64,000 nucleotides of DNA from the human T2T-CHM13v2.0 reference genome, Homo sapiens: assembly GCF_009914755.1 (NCBI RefSeq), contig NC_060939.1. One strand, 5' to 3'. Of the stretch, positions 13,865 through 26,444 are shown in pieces. Position 1 is the stretch's first letter, and each line of letters starts with the position of its first letter. Under the pieces are notes generated by a model. It was not told where the DNA came from and ran no database searches. It saw nothing but the letters and a program-made list of their open reading frames with translations. Both the position numbers and the translations under genes were made by a program.

Positions 13865-14958
13865 TTAAAATTCTTATTCATGTTATTCTTTCATATCTTG
13901 TATCATTTTCTTAATGTTCCTAGTCTTGTTTTGAAATTGTATGTAACAGCTCAGATATTTAAAGTACATTTTTCTGGTATGCTTTTATTTTCTAGAAAGA
14001 AGCCATTTTGCTCATCTTTTTAATATAGTAACCGTGGATGGGATTTGACATTGATACTTATCTTTTGCCCATTTTTATATGAATTTAGTTTGTCTGAACT
14101 TTGAGAAGGAGACTTGGTTCAGATAGCTTGTCTAATTCGCTTTTCTAACTTCTTTGTTTTCAGGTGGTTTTAAAACATATGGCAGCCTGCTTTCTGAGAT
14201 TTACTAGCTGTGTTCCCTTCCTTGCATCTATCTGAGCTGCTCTTCAACTCTTTTGACCCTGTCCTGCTTTATTTTTACTCTACTACAAGCAGTTTCTTTT
14301 CAGTGTGGAACTGAGTTATTTTGTCCTGGAAGGAAACCCTGGCTGTCAATTTAGAGCATTCCCAGGGCCTCTGGCTGCTCCAGCCTCTTTAGTCCTTACC
14401 CCAATATATGACTGGGCACAGCCTCTCCCAGTTTTTGCCTCAGTTGACCCACCAGGCTTCCCAGTGAATATCTGTTGGCTCTCTGGGGGTTCTCTCAGGT
14501 CCATCAGAAGCCCTGATGCTGCCCTCTGCTTCTTCTCTGCACATATCCATAACTCACAGATCTGTGGTTGTTGGTGGCTTGTTTCATCTGCTTATGTTTT
14601 GGGCTTCCTTGGGACCCCTTGCCACTTAGTTTTGTTGGAAATGTTGTTTATGGGTTTCAGTTTTGTTATCTATTTGCTCTATTTTATGCAAGGGTTCAGG
14701 AAGATCCCCAGCCTGCCAGCCTGCCACTGCTGTTGCCAACTTTCCAGAATCTGTTAACTGGTTTTGAAGTTTGTTTTCTTGGTTCTGAAATTTCTCATAT
14801 TTAAATATGTGGTGGAACCAGAATTAGCACTAATATCACTTATTAATAGACTCAGTTTCAGTTTTCTCACTTGTAAAATACATGTGTTTATAATCCTTCC
14901 CAATTTACTTCATCCATTAATTCACTTGTTCAGTCAGTGACCTTTAGTGAGCATCTAG

Positions 14959-15397
<439 letters not shown>

Positions 15398-15639
15398 TAA
15401 TTTAATCCTCACAACAACTCTCTAAGATAGGTACTATTATTATGTCCATTTATCAGATGGGGAAACAGAGGAGTAATTTGACTGCTCTGTCAAATATACT
15501 CAACACATGTTCATTAAGGCATATGCATATAGTTCTGAGCAAAAATATACAAAGGTTTTTCCCATATATTTCTTATCATTTAGTTGGGGAAATAGACATA
15601 AATCCTCAAATCACTCAAATAATATGTAATCACAATAAT

Positions 15640-16070
15640 GATAATTGCCTCATCTATTCACTTTCGTTTTCTTGGTAGCACAATCCTACTTTTTAGTTGT
15701 CATTTGAGTGAAAGACACATTCTCAGCATCTCTTGCAGCTAGTTACGGGCATGTGACTACGTTCTGGTCCATGAGCCAGAGGAATGGAACAATCGGAGTG
15801 TCTCTTTAAAGGAGAGGAGTTTTGTCTGATCTTCCTTCCTGGGGCTTAGAATGCTAATAATATGTTGGTTGGGATTTCCACAGGCATTGAGCCATAAGTG
15901 ATTCTGGAAGCCTCCTGTTAGGATGGTGGAGTGGGGAGTAAGAAGGAGCCTGGCCTGGGTTTCCTACTTCTGGACTTCTGGTTATGTGAGAGGAACATAT
16001 ACTTCTTTCTGTTTAAACCACTGTAGGTGGGTTTCTATTAAATGCAGCCAAACCTAATCTTGACTGAGTA
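15640..16070. mobile_element. Old ERVL/MaLR LTR (LTR33-like)
   Basis: 'aaagacacattctcagcatctcttgcagctag...catgtgactacgttctggtcc' and 'tgcagccaaacctaatc'. Confidence 0.55.
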
Positions 16071-16079
16071 CCCTTCACT

Positions 16080-16800
16080 GATACCATTGAAGAGGTGCCA
16101 GGGGAGCAGCAGTTAGGGAGAATTACCTGACCAGGTCAGAGAAAGTTTTTCTGAAGAAGTGATGGCCAAGCTGCATCTTAAGGAAGATCAGGAGGTAACT
16201 GTTTGAGTGGGAGCCTGGGATGGTGTAAAAAACCTTTTGACAAAGGAATGATTTGTACAGGGTTTTGTGGTGGGAGGGAGGGAGTGTGGCAAATTGAAAG
16301 AACTCCAAAAAGGTCAAAGAGTAGCTGGATCTCGACTGAGAGAGAGGGTGGTACTCACGGTGGCTGGAGAAATGAGTTTTATCTTTTTCCTAAGAGCAAT
16401 GGAAAGCCATGAAGTATGTTGAGGAGGGATGAGAACCCATCATCCCTTGTTAAAAAAAGACTTCATTTTTGACAATGTCATTGTGGCTGCTGTGTGGAGA
16501 AAAATTGGTGGGGCAAGAATGTGTGTGGGGAGGCCAGTAGTCCAGGTGAGAGATGATAAACTAGGTTGGCAGGATGGAGCTGGAGAGAAGCGAGCAGGTT
16601 GCGGAAATATTTAGAAGACACAGTAACGTCTTCTAAAATAATGAACTGGAAATGGGGATAGGAGGGAGAGGAAGTTGCCTGCACTGCTTGTGGGTTTCTG
16701 TCTGGTGTAACAGGATGAAGGTTGTGCTAAAATCAGGGGAGAGGCTGGTTTGGATGATGAGATCATGAAATCAGATTTGGTCTTAATGGGCATGAGGTAT
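16080..16800 (-). mobile_element. L2 fragment
   Basis: Purine-rich antisense L2 phrases such as 'gcaatggaaagccatgaag' and 'gtagtccaggtgagagatga'. Confidence 0.65.
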
Positions 16801-16802
16801 TA

Positions 16803-17256
16803 GTATTCATTTGCTCAGCCTGCTGTGACAAAGTACTACAAACAGAGTGACTTCAAACAACAGAAGTTTATTCTTTCACAGTTCTGGAGGCTAGAAGTTT
16901 GAAATCAAATGTCTGCAGGGCCGTGCTCCCTCTGAAGACTCTAGAGGAGGACTCTTCTTTGCCTCTTCCTGGCTTTTGGCGGCTGGTGGGAATCCTTGGC
17001 GTTCCTTGGCTTGCAGCTGTGTCACTCCACTCTCAGCCTCTTTCACCACACGGTGTTCTCCCTGTGTGTTGGTGTCTTCTTTTCTTTTTATAAGGACATT
17101 GGCCCTGTTAGATTTAGGTCCCACCCTAATAAGTATGATTTCATATTCACTCGTTAGAACTACAAAGACCCTATTTCCAATTAAGGTCACATTCACAGGG
17201 ACCTGAGGTTAGTACTTCAACATATCTTTTTGGGAGGCATAATTCAAGCCACAACA
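16803..17256 (-). mobile_element. MLT1C-like MaLR solo LTR
   Basis: 'cacagttctggaggctagaag...tttgggaggcataattcaagccacaaca'. Confidence 0.85.
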
Positions 17257-17716
17257 GTGCCTTTGCACTATCTAAGTGGAGTGGCAAGTGATCAGTAGTC
17301 TGTATGGAACAGTAGAGACAGGGCTGTGGAGAGAAGGGAAGACAGCAAGAAACAAATGGTGACAATGCAGTGTGGAAGATGCTGAGATAGGTATATAAAG
17401 AAAATGTAAGTGGAGGACTAGGATGCGGGGCTGTGGGGGAGAGGATAGAGGGGAGCCACACATAAGATGTTCACATCAAATCCCCTGCTGAGTAGGATCC
17501 TCCCAGGAAGACAAGGAGCAATGCAGGCCTGAGCATGAAGACTTGAGCATCATGGGTAGGCAGGGGACAGTACAGTCTCCAGTGTGGCCAGACTGTAGGG
17601 TGTGGAGTGGCAGTGGAGGGGCCCTGGGTCTTGAGGGATTTGGGGTTTGTGCTAAAGGCTCCACATGTAACCCTAAAGGCAAAGGTGAGCTGCTGAGTGG
17701 TTCCAGTGGGATCCAT

Positions 17717-17770
17717 GAGAACAGATCTGGATTTTAAACAAAGGAGAACAGATCTGGATTTTAAACAAAG
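17717..17770 (+). repeat. Perfect 27-bp tandem duplication
   Basis: gagaacagatctggattttaaacaaag twice. Confidence 0.95.
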
Positions 17771-18109
17771 GCTAGCCAGCTCGTGTTGCAAATGGCTGAT
17801 GAGGTTTTGGCAGAGGTTTGGTGTGTATGGAAGGGCACCTTATCCCACACGTTCCTGACTCTGATTCCTGACACTCATGCCCACCTCAGGCTTGCTGACC
17901 ATTTGGCCTGGAGGCCATACAAGAGTTTTGGCTTTGTTTATCCATCTCACCCCTCCCCTTAGGAGGAAGAGGGTTTTCCACAGTCATGGGGTGGTGGTGG
18001 AAGTGGAAGAGGGGCCAGACATGAACAAGGTGATTCGCATGAAAGCACTCTTTAAACCAGAAGCCTTTCATTCAAATCTGGTTGTAGAGTCAGCTAGACC
18101 TGGGTGCAC

Positions 18110-18300
18110 TTTTGTTTTTTAAAGCAGCTTTATTGATATCATTTCCATACCATAAAGTTCACCTGTTTAAAGTGTGTAATTCAGTGGTTTTTTTGTATGC
18201 CCACATTGCACAAGCATAACCGTAAACTAATTTTAGAACATTTTCATCATCTTCAATGAAACCCCATACCTGGAGGCACATTCTGCCTCCACCCTTCCAC
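18110..18300 (-). mobile_element. L1MB 3' fragment
   Basis: 'cagctttattgat...ataaagttcacctgtttaaagtgtgtaattcagtgg'. Confidence 0.7.
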
Positions 18301-19319
18301 AACTTTGTAACTATGGGCAGCTTAGCCTTTCTGAGCCTCAGTTTCCTCGTCTTGTAGGAACAACATGTTACTGGGAACAGTATCATACAATTTTATGGGC
18401 TTATTTAAAGATTGAATGAGAGAGCAAATAATACTTTTAACACAGTGCCTGGCACGGGGTAGGCCCTCAATACACTTCATTTTCCTGAATTAATGTTGGC
18501 AGTTGCTTTTCTGTGGATTAGTCAGGAATCCCCCTGAGCAGTTATTCATGAGTCAATGTCACTGCATCCAAACCTCATCTGGAGAGCTCATAGTCCTTAT
18601 GCATTTACACACACACACAGACACACACGCTAACACACCACACCTCCCACATGCATGCACAAAAATGTTAATACAAGACAGATAACTAAGCAAGCTTTGA
18701 GAGAAGTTCTGGAATTATCCTATGCTTGTAAAGCTAACTGCTCTTTAAATATATCTATCTGTATCTGTATCTATATATCTCATGTAATGAATGTCTATAA
18801 TTTGCATTTTGAAGTGAAAGGGCTTAGTGTCTGATGGCGTCCAGCAGAGCTATCACAGGCAAAATTGTAAATTAGGCAAGGTTGTATTTTAGGTTAATAT
18901 ATATTTAGGTAATATTTAGTTAAATAGTTCAAGGTTATGTTATTATCCTTGAGTTAATAATTTCTTGGGCCAGTCCCATGCACCAGGTTTAGGATGAAAT
19001 ATTTTACATGTATCTTTATCTTTGCCTTGACCCTGAAAGCTAGGTAGGTATTCCTATCACAATGCAGGAATTATTATCACTTCCATTTTGTAGGAGAGGG
19101 GAAAGGAGGCCTAGAGAAATTAAGTTACTTACCCCAGGGCACACCTGAGGAAGTGGAGAAGACTGGGTATGGGCTCAGAACCTCCCACACAATACTGGGC
19201 TAACCCAGCTTCAGTTTAGGCTATTTCCAGGTGTCGCTAGGAATCTACTTTTAGGAGGCAGGTTAGGTTACTCCCAGAGTTGCTTCCATTGTGGCAGGGG
19301 CTGCCACTTTAATATCCTA

Positions 19320-19470
19320 AGCAATACTCTCCAATCCTGGGATGCAGCAGAATAACCCCAGGGAGCTTTAATAAGATCGAGATTTCCTGGCTCCACTCCA
19401 GACTGCTTGCAGCAGAATTTTCTAGGGTGGATCTTAGAATCTGTACTTGTAAACAGCTCCCCAGAAACCA
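19320..19470. mobile_element. MER5A-like MITE
   Basis: 'gcagcagaataaccccagggagcttt...gaatctgtacttgtaaacagctcccca'. Confidence 0.6.
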
Positions 19471-19614
19471 TTTTACACGGAAAATATAGAGGCTATAAAA
19501 TGCAGGCATACAAGAAAATATAAACATTTTACAATTTAAATTTTACTGCAAGCACAGTCATTACACAAATGACAGTTGGCGGAAACAGTTGTAACACATA
19601 TGGCAGGTGGTGGG

Positions 19615-20030
19615 TGTGTTAGTTAGATTGGCTCTGTTGTACATATAAACCCATTACACCCTATGGTTTAGCACAATAGAATTGAATTTCTCACTCATAT
19701 CAAGTCCATGATGGGTGATCCTGTTTGGCAGGCAGCCCTCCTCCAGGCAGAGATTCAGGAACCTGGGCTCTTTCTATTGTGTGCACCGCCATCTTTAATA
19801 TGTGGCTTCCAAGATCCTTGTGGAAGGGAAATTAGTAGGTAGGCTCACCAGTGGGTAGTTTTGTGGGCCAGGCCTGGAAGGGTAATACTCCACTTCCACC
19901 CATGCTTCACTGACTAGAACTGAGACTATGGATATGCACAAGCGCAAGAGAGGCTGGGACATGTGGTCTGGCTGCTCCTATGAGGACAAAGAAACAGTTT
20001 AGGTCAACCACTAGCCAGTCTCTACCCCTC
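19615..20030 (-). mobile_element. Old MLT1 (K/L-like) LTR
   Basis: 'tttctcactcatatcaagtcc...attcaggaacctgggctc...gaggctgggacatgtggtct'. Confidence 0.55.
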
Positions 20031-20039
20031 AAAAGTTAA

Positions 20040-20800
20040 CATCTTACAAACTGATAAGAAAAAGGCAAAAAAATTCAATTGAAAATGGGCAAAGGATAAG
20101 GGCAGGCCTCTCAACAGAAGCACAAATTCAAATGACGAATGAACATTAAAAGATGCTCAAGTTCATTGGTAGGGAAATGCAAGAAAAGTAACAATGGGCT
20201 ATCAATTTCCACCTGTCAGGTTGACAGAAGTTAAAGGATGATAACACCTACTACTGGTGGGAGGCAGGAGAGAGTTTACTTATGCACTATTGGTAGAAAT
20301 GGAGATTGCTACCACATTGTGGAAAGCCATCTGGCATTAGCAATTGAAATTAAAAATGCATGTTCTTTCAACCTGGCAATTCCATTCCAGGGAATCTCTC
20401 TGATGGAATAAGAGCAGTATGTATGGATAAATAGGTCCTCAGATAGTTATTGCAACATTATGCATAGTGACAAAAATAGAACCTAAAGTTCCCTTCAAAA
20501 GGGGAATAATGTAGTGAATTGTAATTATCACCATTATGGAATATTTTAGTTTTTAAAAAGGTGACTAAGAAGTATTCCCATGAGATATTATTAAATGAGG
20601 AAATCAGGAGCCAGAGAAATGTATATTATTCCTTTTTTGAAAATGATACATCAAGGGGTAATCTCTATTGTCTTTTTAAACTTTTGTCATCATCATCTTC
20701 ATCATCATCATTCGTCTATATCTGTCTATATATCTATGTATGTTGATAAGCGTAGAGAAGGTTGTTAACACTGGTGACCTGGACCAAGTTGTGTGGATGA
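20040..20800 (+). mobile_element. L1ME 3' region
   Basis: 'gaaaatgggcaaagga...aagatgctcaagttcatt...gggaaatgcaa'. Confidence 0.65.
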
Positions 20801-20911
20801 AAGGAAACAGAGGAGGAACAAGACAGTAACCAAGGTCGCCTTCCCACCAATACTGTTTTTAAAGAGGTAGCAATGAAAAAAACAGCTTGTGTGATAAGAC
20901 ATCATAAAAGC

Positions 20912-20968
20912 TATATATATATATATATATATATATACATACATATATATATATATATATATACATAC

Positions 20969-21051
<83 letters not shown>

Positions 21052-21200
21052 CCCATGTGACCTTGGACCCGTTACTTCACCTGGCTGGGCCTGTTGCAAG
21101 GAAGGGAGATGATTCCTGTGGATTATATATATATATATATAAAATACATACATATATAAATATATATTATATATGAATATATAAAATATATATTCATAAT
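20912..21200 (+). repeat. (TA)n/(TACA) microsatellite interrupted by a 74-bp insertion
   Basis: TA array at 20912-21050, AT-rich array resumes at 21124. Confidence 0.95.
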
Positions 21201-21684
21201 GAAATGCATGGATTTAGGTCATCAATGTATCAATAATGGTAATCTCAGGGTAGGATTTCAGGTGATTTTTTTCTTCCTTTTCTCTTTATATATTGTTTAA
21301 AATTTTAGAATAAATATAAACAGATGGAAAAACAGTGAGTTTTTCATGATATAAAAAAAATTAAAAGCTTCCTGAATGATTCTGATAGCAACCAGGCTTC
21401 ATCACTGGGGTTTGACTTAGGAAGTTCAAAAAATGGAATTTCAAGCATTGGATAGCAGAGTGGTAGAAAACCATTTCTGAGTGAGGGTTCTTGCTGGGAG
21501 CCCAGAAGCCACTCTTCATGAATCACTTCCTGCAGGGGACTGGGAAACGTGAGGAATGATTCCTAAGAGGTATCAGTTAGTTTGGGCTTCAGGTGCCAAC
21601 TCTTAGCATCTGAAAGTTCTAGGTTGGGGATGGCATCTGGTGGAGAAGTTGGTGGGAGGAAAGCAGTGATGCTTGAGGGGTGGG

Positions 21685-21790
21685 GCAGGAGTTGAATCTG
21701 GGCTCTGCCACTCACTACCCATGTGACCTTGGACCCGTTACTTCACCTGCCTGGGCCTGTTGCAAGGAAGGGAGATGATGCCTGTGGATG
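21685..21790 (+). mobile_element. Degenerate MIR fragment (donor of the 74-bp copy)
   Basis: 'gttgaatctgggctctgccactcactacccatgtgaccttggacccgttacttcacc' follows the MIR B-box and core. Confidence 0.65.
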
Positions 21791-22068
21791 CTAGGGGTGG
21801 CCCGGTCAGCTTTGTGTGTTTATCAGCTTGTTGGAAATATCAGGGTCATAGTCCTGGTGAAAGCCGTTGCTCAGCTCAGTGGGCAATTGGAGGAGCAAGA
21901 AGCATCATCAAGGTGAGAAGTGGGGGCTGTCTCTTGAGGAGAGGGGCTGGGGCAAGCCTGGGCTTGAGAGGCCCTAGTCTCCCATCTCTCTTGACCTCTA
22001 GACCCAGCTTCTTGTCCTTTTCCTCCCCCATGCTTTTGGTAAATTCTTGTGAGTTGGCATTAGGTGAG

Positions 22069-22455
22069 TGTTATCAACTGAATGTTTATGTCTTCCTCAA
22101 ATTCATATATTGAAGCCCTGGGTCACAGTGTAGTTGCATTTGGAGATGGAGTCTCTGAGGAGGTAATTAATGTTAAATGAGGTCATAAGGGTTGGACCCT
22201 GATCCAATAGGATTACTGTCCTTGTAAGAAGAGACAACAGAGAGCTCTCTCTCTCTGTGTGCACACACCAAGGAAAGGCCATGTGAAGATGTAGTGAGAA
22301 GGAAGCCCTCTGTAAACCAGGAAGAGAGCCCTCACCAGAAACTAAGCCCTGTTGGACCTTGATCTGGGACTTTCCAGCCTCCAGAACTGTGAGAAGTAAA
22401 TTTCTGTTGTTTAAGCCATGCCATTTTTTTATGGCAGCCTGAGCAGACTAATACA
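22069..22455 (+). mobile_element. MLT1A-like MaLR solo LTR
   Basis: TG...CA ends ('gcagcctgagcagactaataca'); 5-bp TSD gtgag/gtgac. Confidence 0.9.
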
Positions 22456-22684
22456 GTGACGCGTTCATTGTAAATAGTAAAATTCCTTTATTTCATTGAC
22501 TACCAACAATCTGCTGCTCAAGACAGGCATAGAACCCATGACCCTCAAAATGCTCTGCGTCCAGCAGGGAGACAGATGAGTAAACAGAAATGAATGCTCT
22601 GCCGGACAGAGGAAGTACAGGATGGTCCCGGAGAAAAGAGAATGGGTTAGACACCCAGTGCATGTGACTCAAGATTTGCTAACT

Positions 22685-22960
22685 AGGGCTCCTAAGTATG
22701 TTTTCTTTGGCCCCAACAGTGTTTAAATAATTGGGAAACAGAACATAAAAATCTAGGTTTCTATTTTTGCTTGAAAAATCAGTTTCTGGTTGCACTGGGC
22801 CTGCATTGCCACATGGAAGCCACTGGATGGCGCAAAGGAGCAGCTGCCACCTTCAGAGACACTGTGAGCTCTCAGTTCAGCAGTGTTCCCACTGCTCCCT
22901 AATGTTTCCTTGCTCAGCCTGATGCCCTCACTTATGCCACCTGCCATTTGAGATTCCTGA
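22685..22960. mobile_element. MER102-like hAT element
   Basis: 'gagcagctgccaccttcag...gtgttcccactgctccctaatgt'. Confidence 0.5.
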
Positions 22961-23109
22961 TGTAAACTGTTGCTTGTTTTTTAAGAGCTCGCATATGTGC
23001 CCAATTAATTGTAGATTTCCTTCTCTATGTTAGTCAGTGAACCAGGTTAACTCAAAGTACGTCCAAAGCTATGATGCCGACACTATAAAGGTCATTTGGC
23101 ACCATGTTG

Positions 23110-23290
23110 TACCAGAGACTCTGGAAATTTCAGAGCTGGGAGGGACTTTGGGAATCACACAGTCTAAGCATCTCATTTCCCAATGTGGAAACAGAAACCC
23201 AGAGAGGTGAATTCCCCTGCCCCAGGCCACACATCTGGATAGTGGGTAGCAGAGCCAGGAGAAGAACTCTAGTTCTCTGAACCTTGTCTG
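23110..23290 (-). mobile_element. MIR
   Basis: 'ggaaacagaaacccagagagg...cccaggccacacatc'. Confidence 0.65.
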
Positions 23291-23914
23291 CTGCTTTCTG
23301 CTCTGAAAAATTGCTTTTTTCCTCCTATTATCTTTGTAGAAAAAGAAAAGTAGCAGTTTGCCACGTAGATTTGGGAAAATGTTGTCATGTGATATTTAAT
23401 CCATGTTCAGGCACTTTTCTTCACACTGTCAGAGGAATTATCAAAAGAAAATTATTGGAAAGTATTAGTCGTGTATTATGGTTTCCAAGCTCGCAAGCAC
23501 AGATGTCCACTGGCAAAATTGAAATGAAATTGGAATAAATTAAAACCCATTTTGTCTTCCAGCCCCTGGTAATAAAAAATTCTTGCTGCAGATGAGTGAT
23601 CGAGCCCAGTCTCCTCCCCCTTATTATTAAACAAAAGCAGAACACAATAAAAATAGAAATGAATGCAGAAATCTGCTCCGGTTTCCTCTTTTGTGTACCA
23701 ATGTTTTTGTTGGTCAAATCACATTATGAAGCGTCCATTACAATGGCTTATCTTTAGAGGCCCCAAAGTAACTAGTGAGGATGTGAAAGATGGTCTGTTG
23801 TAAAGCAGGATTATGATAGCCCCATCTCTTTGGGTCGCTTCATCCCCAAATTTGTGGTGGGAAGATTAATTAAGCATGAAATCCACTAAGGAATCAACAA
23901 GATGAGAAGCTGTG

Positions 23915-24085
23915 TCATGTGGTGGGTAAAACTATGGGTTTGACGCCAGACTTTCTGGGTTCAAATCCCAGCTCTGTTATTGGCTGGAAGTCTGACTTTG
24001 GGCAAGGTACTTAACTTGTTGGTTCCTCATTGGTGAGGTAAAGATGATGATCCTGGTCCTTGCCTTCCAGAGTATTTTGAGGACT
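23915..24085 (+). mobile_element. MIR
   Basis: 'ctgggttcaaatcccagctctg...ctttgggcaaggtacttaac'. Confidence 0.7.
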
Positions 24086-24143
24086 CAGAACACCAAGTCC
24101 CAGTGTCTGGCTTCATAACTGTTATCTGGACCTTTGTGGCAAG

Positions 24144-24564
24144 TGACAAAAACTCTCCCTTTGACCAGACTTTAGTGAGGCTCCTATGAGCCTCTTCTCA
24201 ACTGGGCCTTGACCTTGGACTTCTGTGTCTGTGTCTGTCCTTGCCCAGTCAAGTTTTAGTAAGAATCCTGCCAAGTCAGTTTAGGGAGAATCCCCCATGC
24301 TTGATATCTGATCACATTAGTTTGTGTTTAGCAAGAATCCTGTTAAGTTGATTTCACAAGAATCTCCTATCCTTGATGTCTTCTCTTAGCAACTTTCCAT
24401 ATCCACTAACCCTCTCACTCTGTTCTTGGCTGACAATCCCACTTGTCCTTGAATTTGAAGTTGAACCTGATCTCTCACACCTATTGCAATACTCCATTGC
24501 AATAGTCCTGAATAAAGTCTTCCTTATTGTTTTAGCAAGTGTTAGAATATGATTTTCTTTAACA
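24144..24564 (+). mobile_element. MER31-like ERV1 solo LTR
   Basis: TGACAAA...TTTAACA ends, repeated 'aagaatcctg', AATAAA near the 3' end. Confidence 0.8.
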
Positions 24565-25189
24565 CAGAGAAGAGGGTCTTGTTGAGACTGAGGACCCAGG
24601 TGAGTTTGGGGGAGTTACTGAGGACCTGGTGGGAATTTTGTTTTTAGTATGATGAGAGTGAGCAGAAAACAGGTGTGAGCAATTGGGGCTGACTGCTGGC
24701 TGTCCCTCACAGGATATCTGCAACCTGGTTGGGGTCACTGTGGGCCCAGAGTCTCACCCCATTTTCACACATTCAGAGGTTTGATTCATCAGAGTACTCA
24801 GGAGTCAAGGAGGTGTTAGAGTGCAGTGTATGAATCTCACAAAAATCCCTGTTTCACATACACTTGAATTCTGAGTATTCTTCTTAGTAGCTATGGGAGC
24901 TTGGCCAGTTCATTTAATTTCTAACTCTCAATTTTTCTATCTCTAAATTAGAAATAACAAAATCTTCCTTTCAGGCGTTCTGATGATTTACCACAACATG
25001 GGTTGAAAGCCTCAAATAGCTAAGCAGCTAATAAATAGTCATTATTCATTGGGCTCTGGATAACCTCATCTAATCATTAAACTCACAAGCTAAACTATGA
25101 TGTGAATTAGTTAATTCACAGGAAGTGAAACACTGTCCAGGTACCAGAGACCTTGTGACTGCATTCCACCCAGGCTTTTGCTTTTCTCA

Positions 25190-25660
25190 TCACATATCTT
25201 GGGATGCTGGATCACCAATCCAAGGCTGCACACTGAGCTGGGAGCACATGCAGCAAGGTGACCACAGTGTGGGCATCTTGCCCACACCCCACGCTCACTG
25301 TACATGCCTGAGGGCTGCCTACTGCAAATACCTGCGACTCTGCCCTGGAGCTTCTTTCTGGCCATGGGAACACCCTCTGCCCACACAAGGAACAATCTGG
25401 AAGCACCTTAGAGTTATTGCCCTTAGAGGCGGCCCCCAGCCAACTAACCAATTAACCCCCTAGGTTAGCATAACTCTGAGCTTCAGTTGTCCACTGTAAC
25501 TTGCTTGATAACAAGCCCCTTATTGACTTCTTTCCCCTCCCTGTCCCTTTCTCCTCCCTATTTCCCCATGCCCCTATCTATGTTGTCTGAGGTCATCTCC
25601 CAAATAAAGTACTTGCACTTGAATCCTTGCCTCAAGGACTGCTTCAGTCTAACACAAAGG
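25190..25660 (+). mobile_element. LTR16-like ERVL LTR
   Basis: 'catctcccaaataaagtacttgcacttgaatccttgcctcaagg'. Confidence 0.65.
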
Positions 25661-26364
25661 GTGATGATCCTATAGGTGTTCCAAGTCGTGGTGCAACGTC
25701 TGCGGTGGGCCTACACTTCCTTTGGTATGACATCATACCAGCTTCATGTAAGAGGGTAATGACGGTCTCCTTGAAGGAGACTCAGCAGATATCCATGTGC
25801 TGTCTCCAAGGCATGGGCTGTGCAGCCGTCAACGATGTGTTCCATCTTCTACCTGCTGCGTCAAGCTTGCCTGTCAGCACTTTCTCCCATTGTCCTGAGG
25901 TTCTGAGGTTCTCTTTCAAGGGGTTAATGGCTCTTGCATTAATGAGCACAGATTTCCTGAACTTGGAAGGGGCTAAGCTGGGGGATTTGGGACCTGAGGG
26001 TGTTTGAGTCAAGGAAAAGTTACTGAGGACTTTACTTGACTGGACACGCAAGGGAATCTTTGAGAATTGTGTTGAGGTAAGAAATCCAGCATGAGAGTGG
26101 AAAGGTGATCTTTGCTTCCTAAAAAGAGTGTTGAGCTGTGGAGAGCTGAGGCAAGAAAGGGAATTTATTTTGTTGAACCCAGGCAGTGTTCGGGTCTCCA
26201 CCTTCACTTGCATTTAATTTTCACACAGAGCCTGTGGGCAGGCGTTAGTTCCCAATTTCACGAATGAAGGACTGGAGTCAGATGGTTAAATGACTGTCCA
26301 TGGCCAACTGGCTCGTCTGTGCTGAAGCTGGGGTTGGGGCCTGGAGCCTGTTCCCTTCCCCTCT

Positions 26365-26444
26365 GAACTCCTGGATTCAAATGATCCTCCTGCCTCGGCC
26401 TCCCAAAGTGCTGGGATTACTGTCAGGAGCCCCTGTGCCCAGCC
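26365..26444 (-). mobile_element. Tailless Alu 5' fragment
   Basis: About 80 bp of left arm only. Confidence 0.8.

Larger units (their letters stand above)
11200..14760 (-). mobile_element. Ancient L1M (L1MC/ME-like) fragments with nested insertions
   Basis: Long T-rich antisense L1-type sequence; edges approximate. Confidence 0.55.

Noticed and set aside
20765-21153. Ile/Tyr-repeat ORFs
   Set aside because: Translations of the (TA)n microsatellite.
24481-24505. Inverted repeat ctattgcaat...attgcaatag
   Set aside because: Lies inside the MER31-like LTR and is probably inherited from it.
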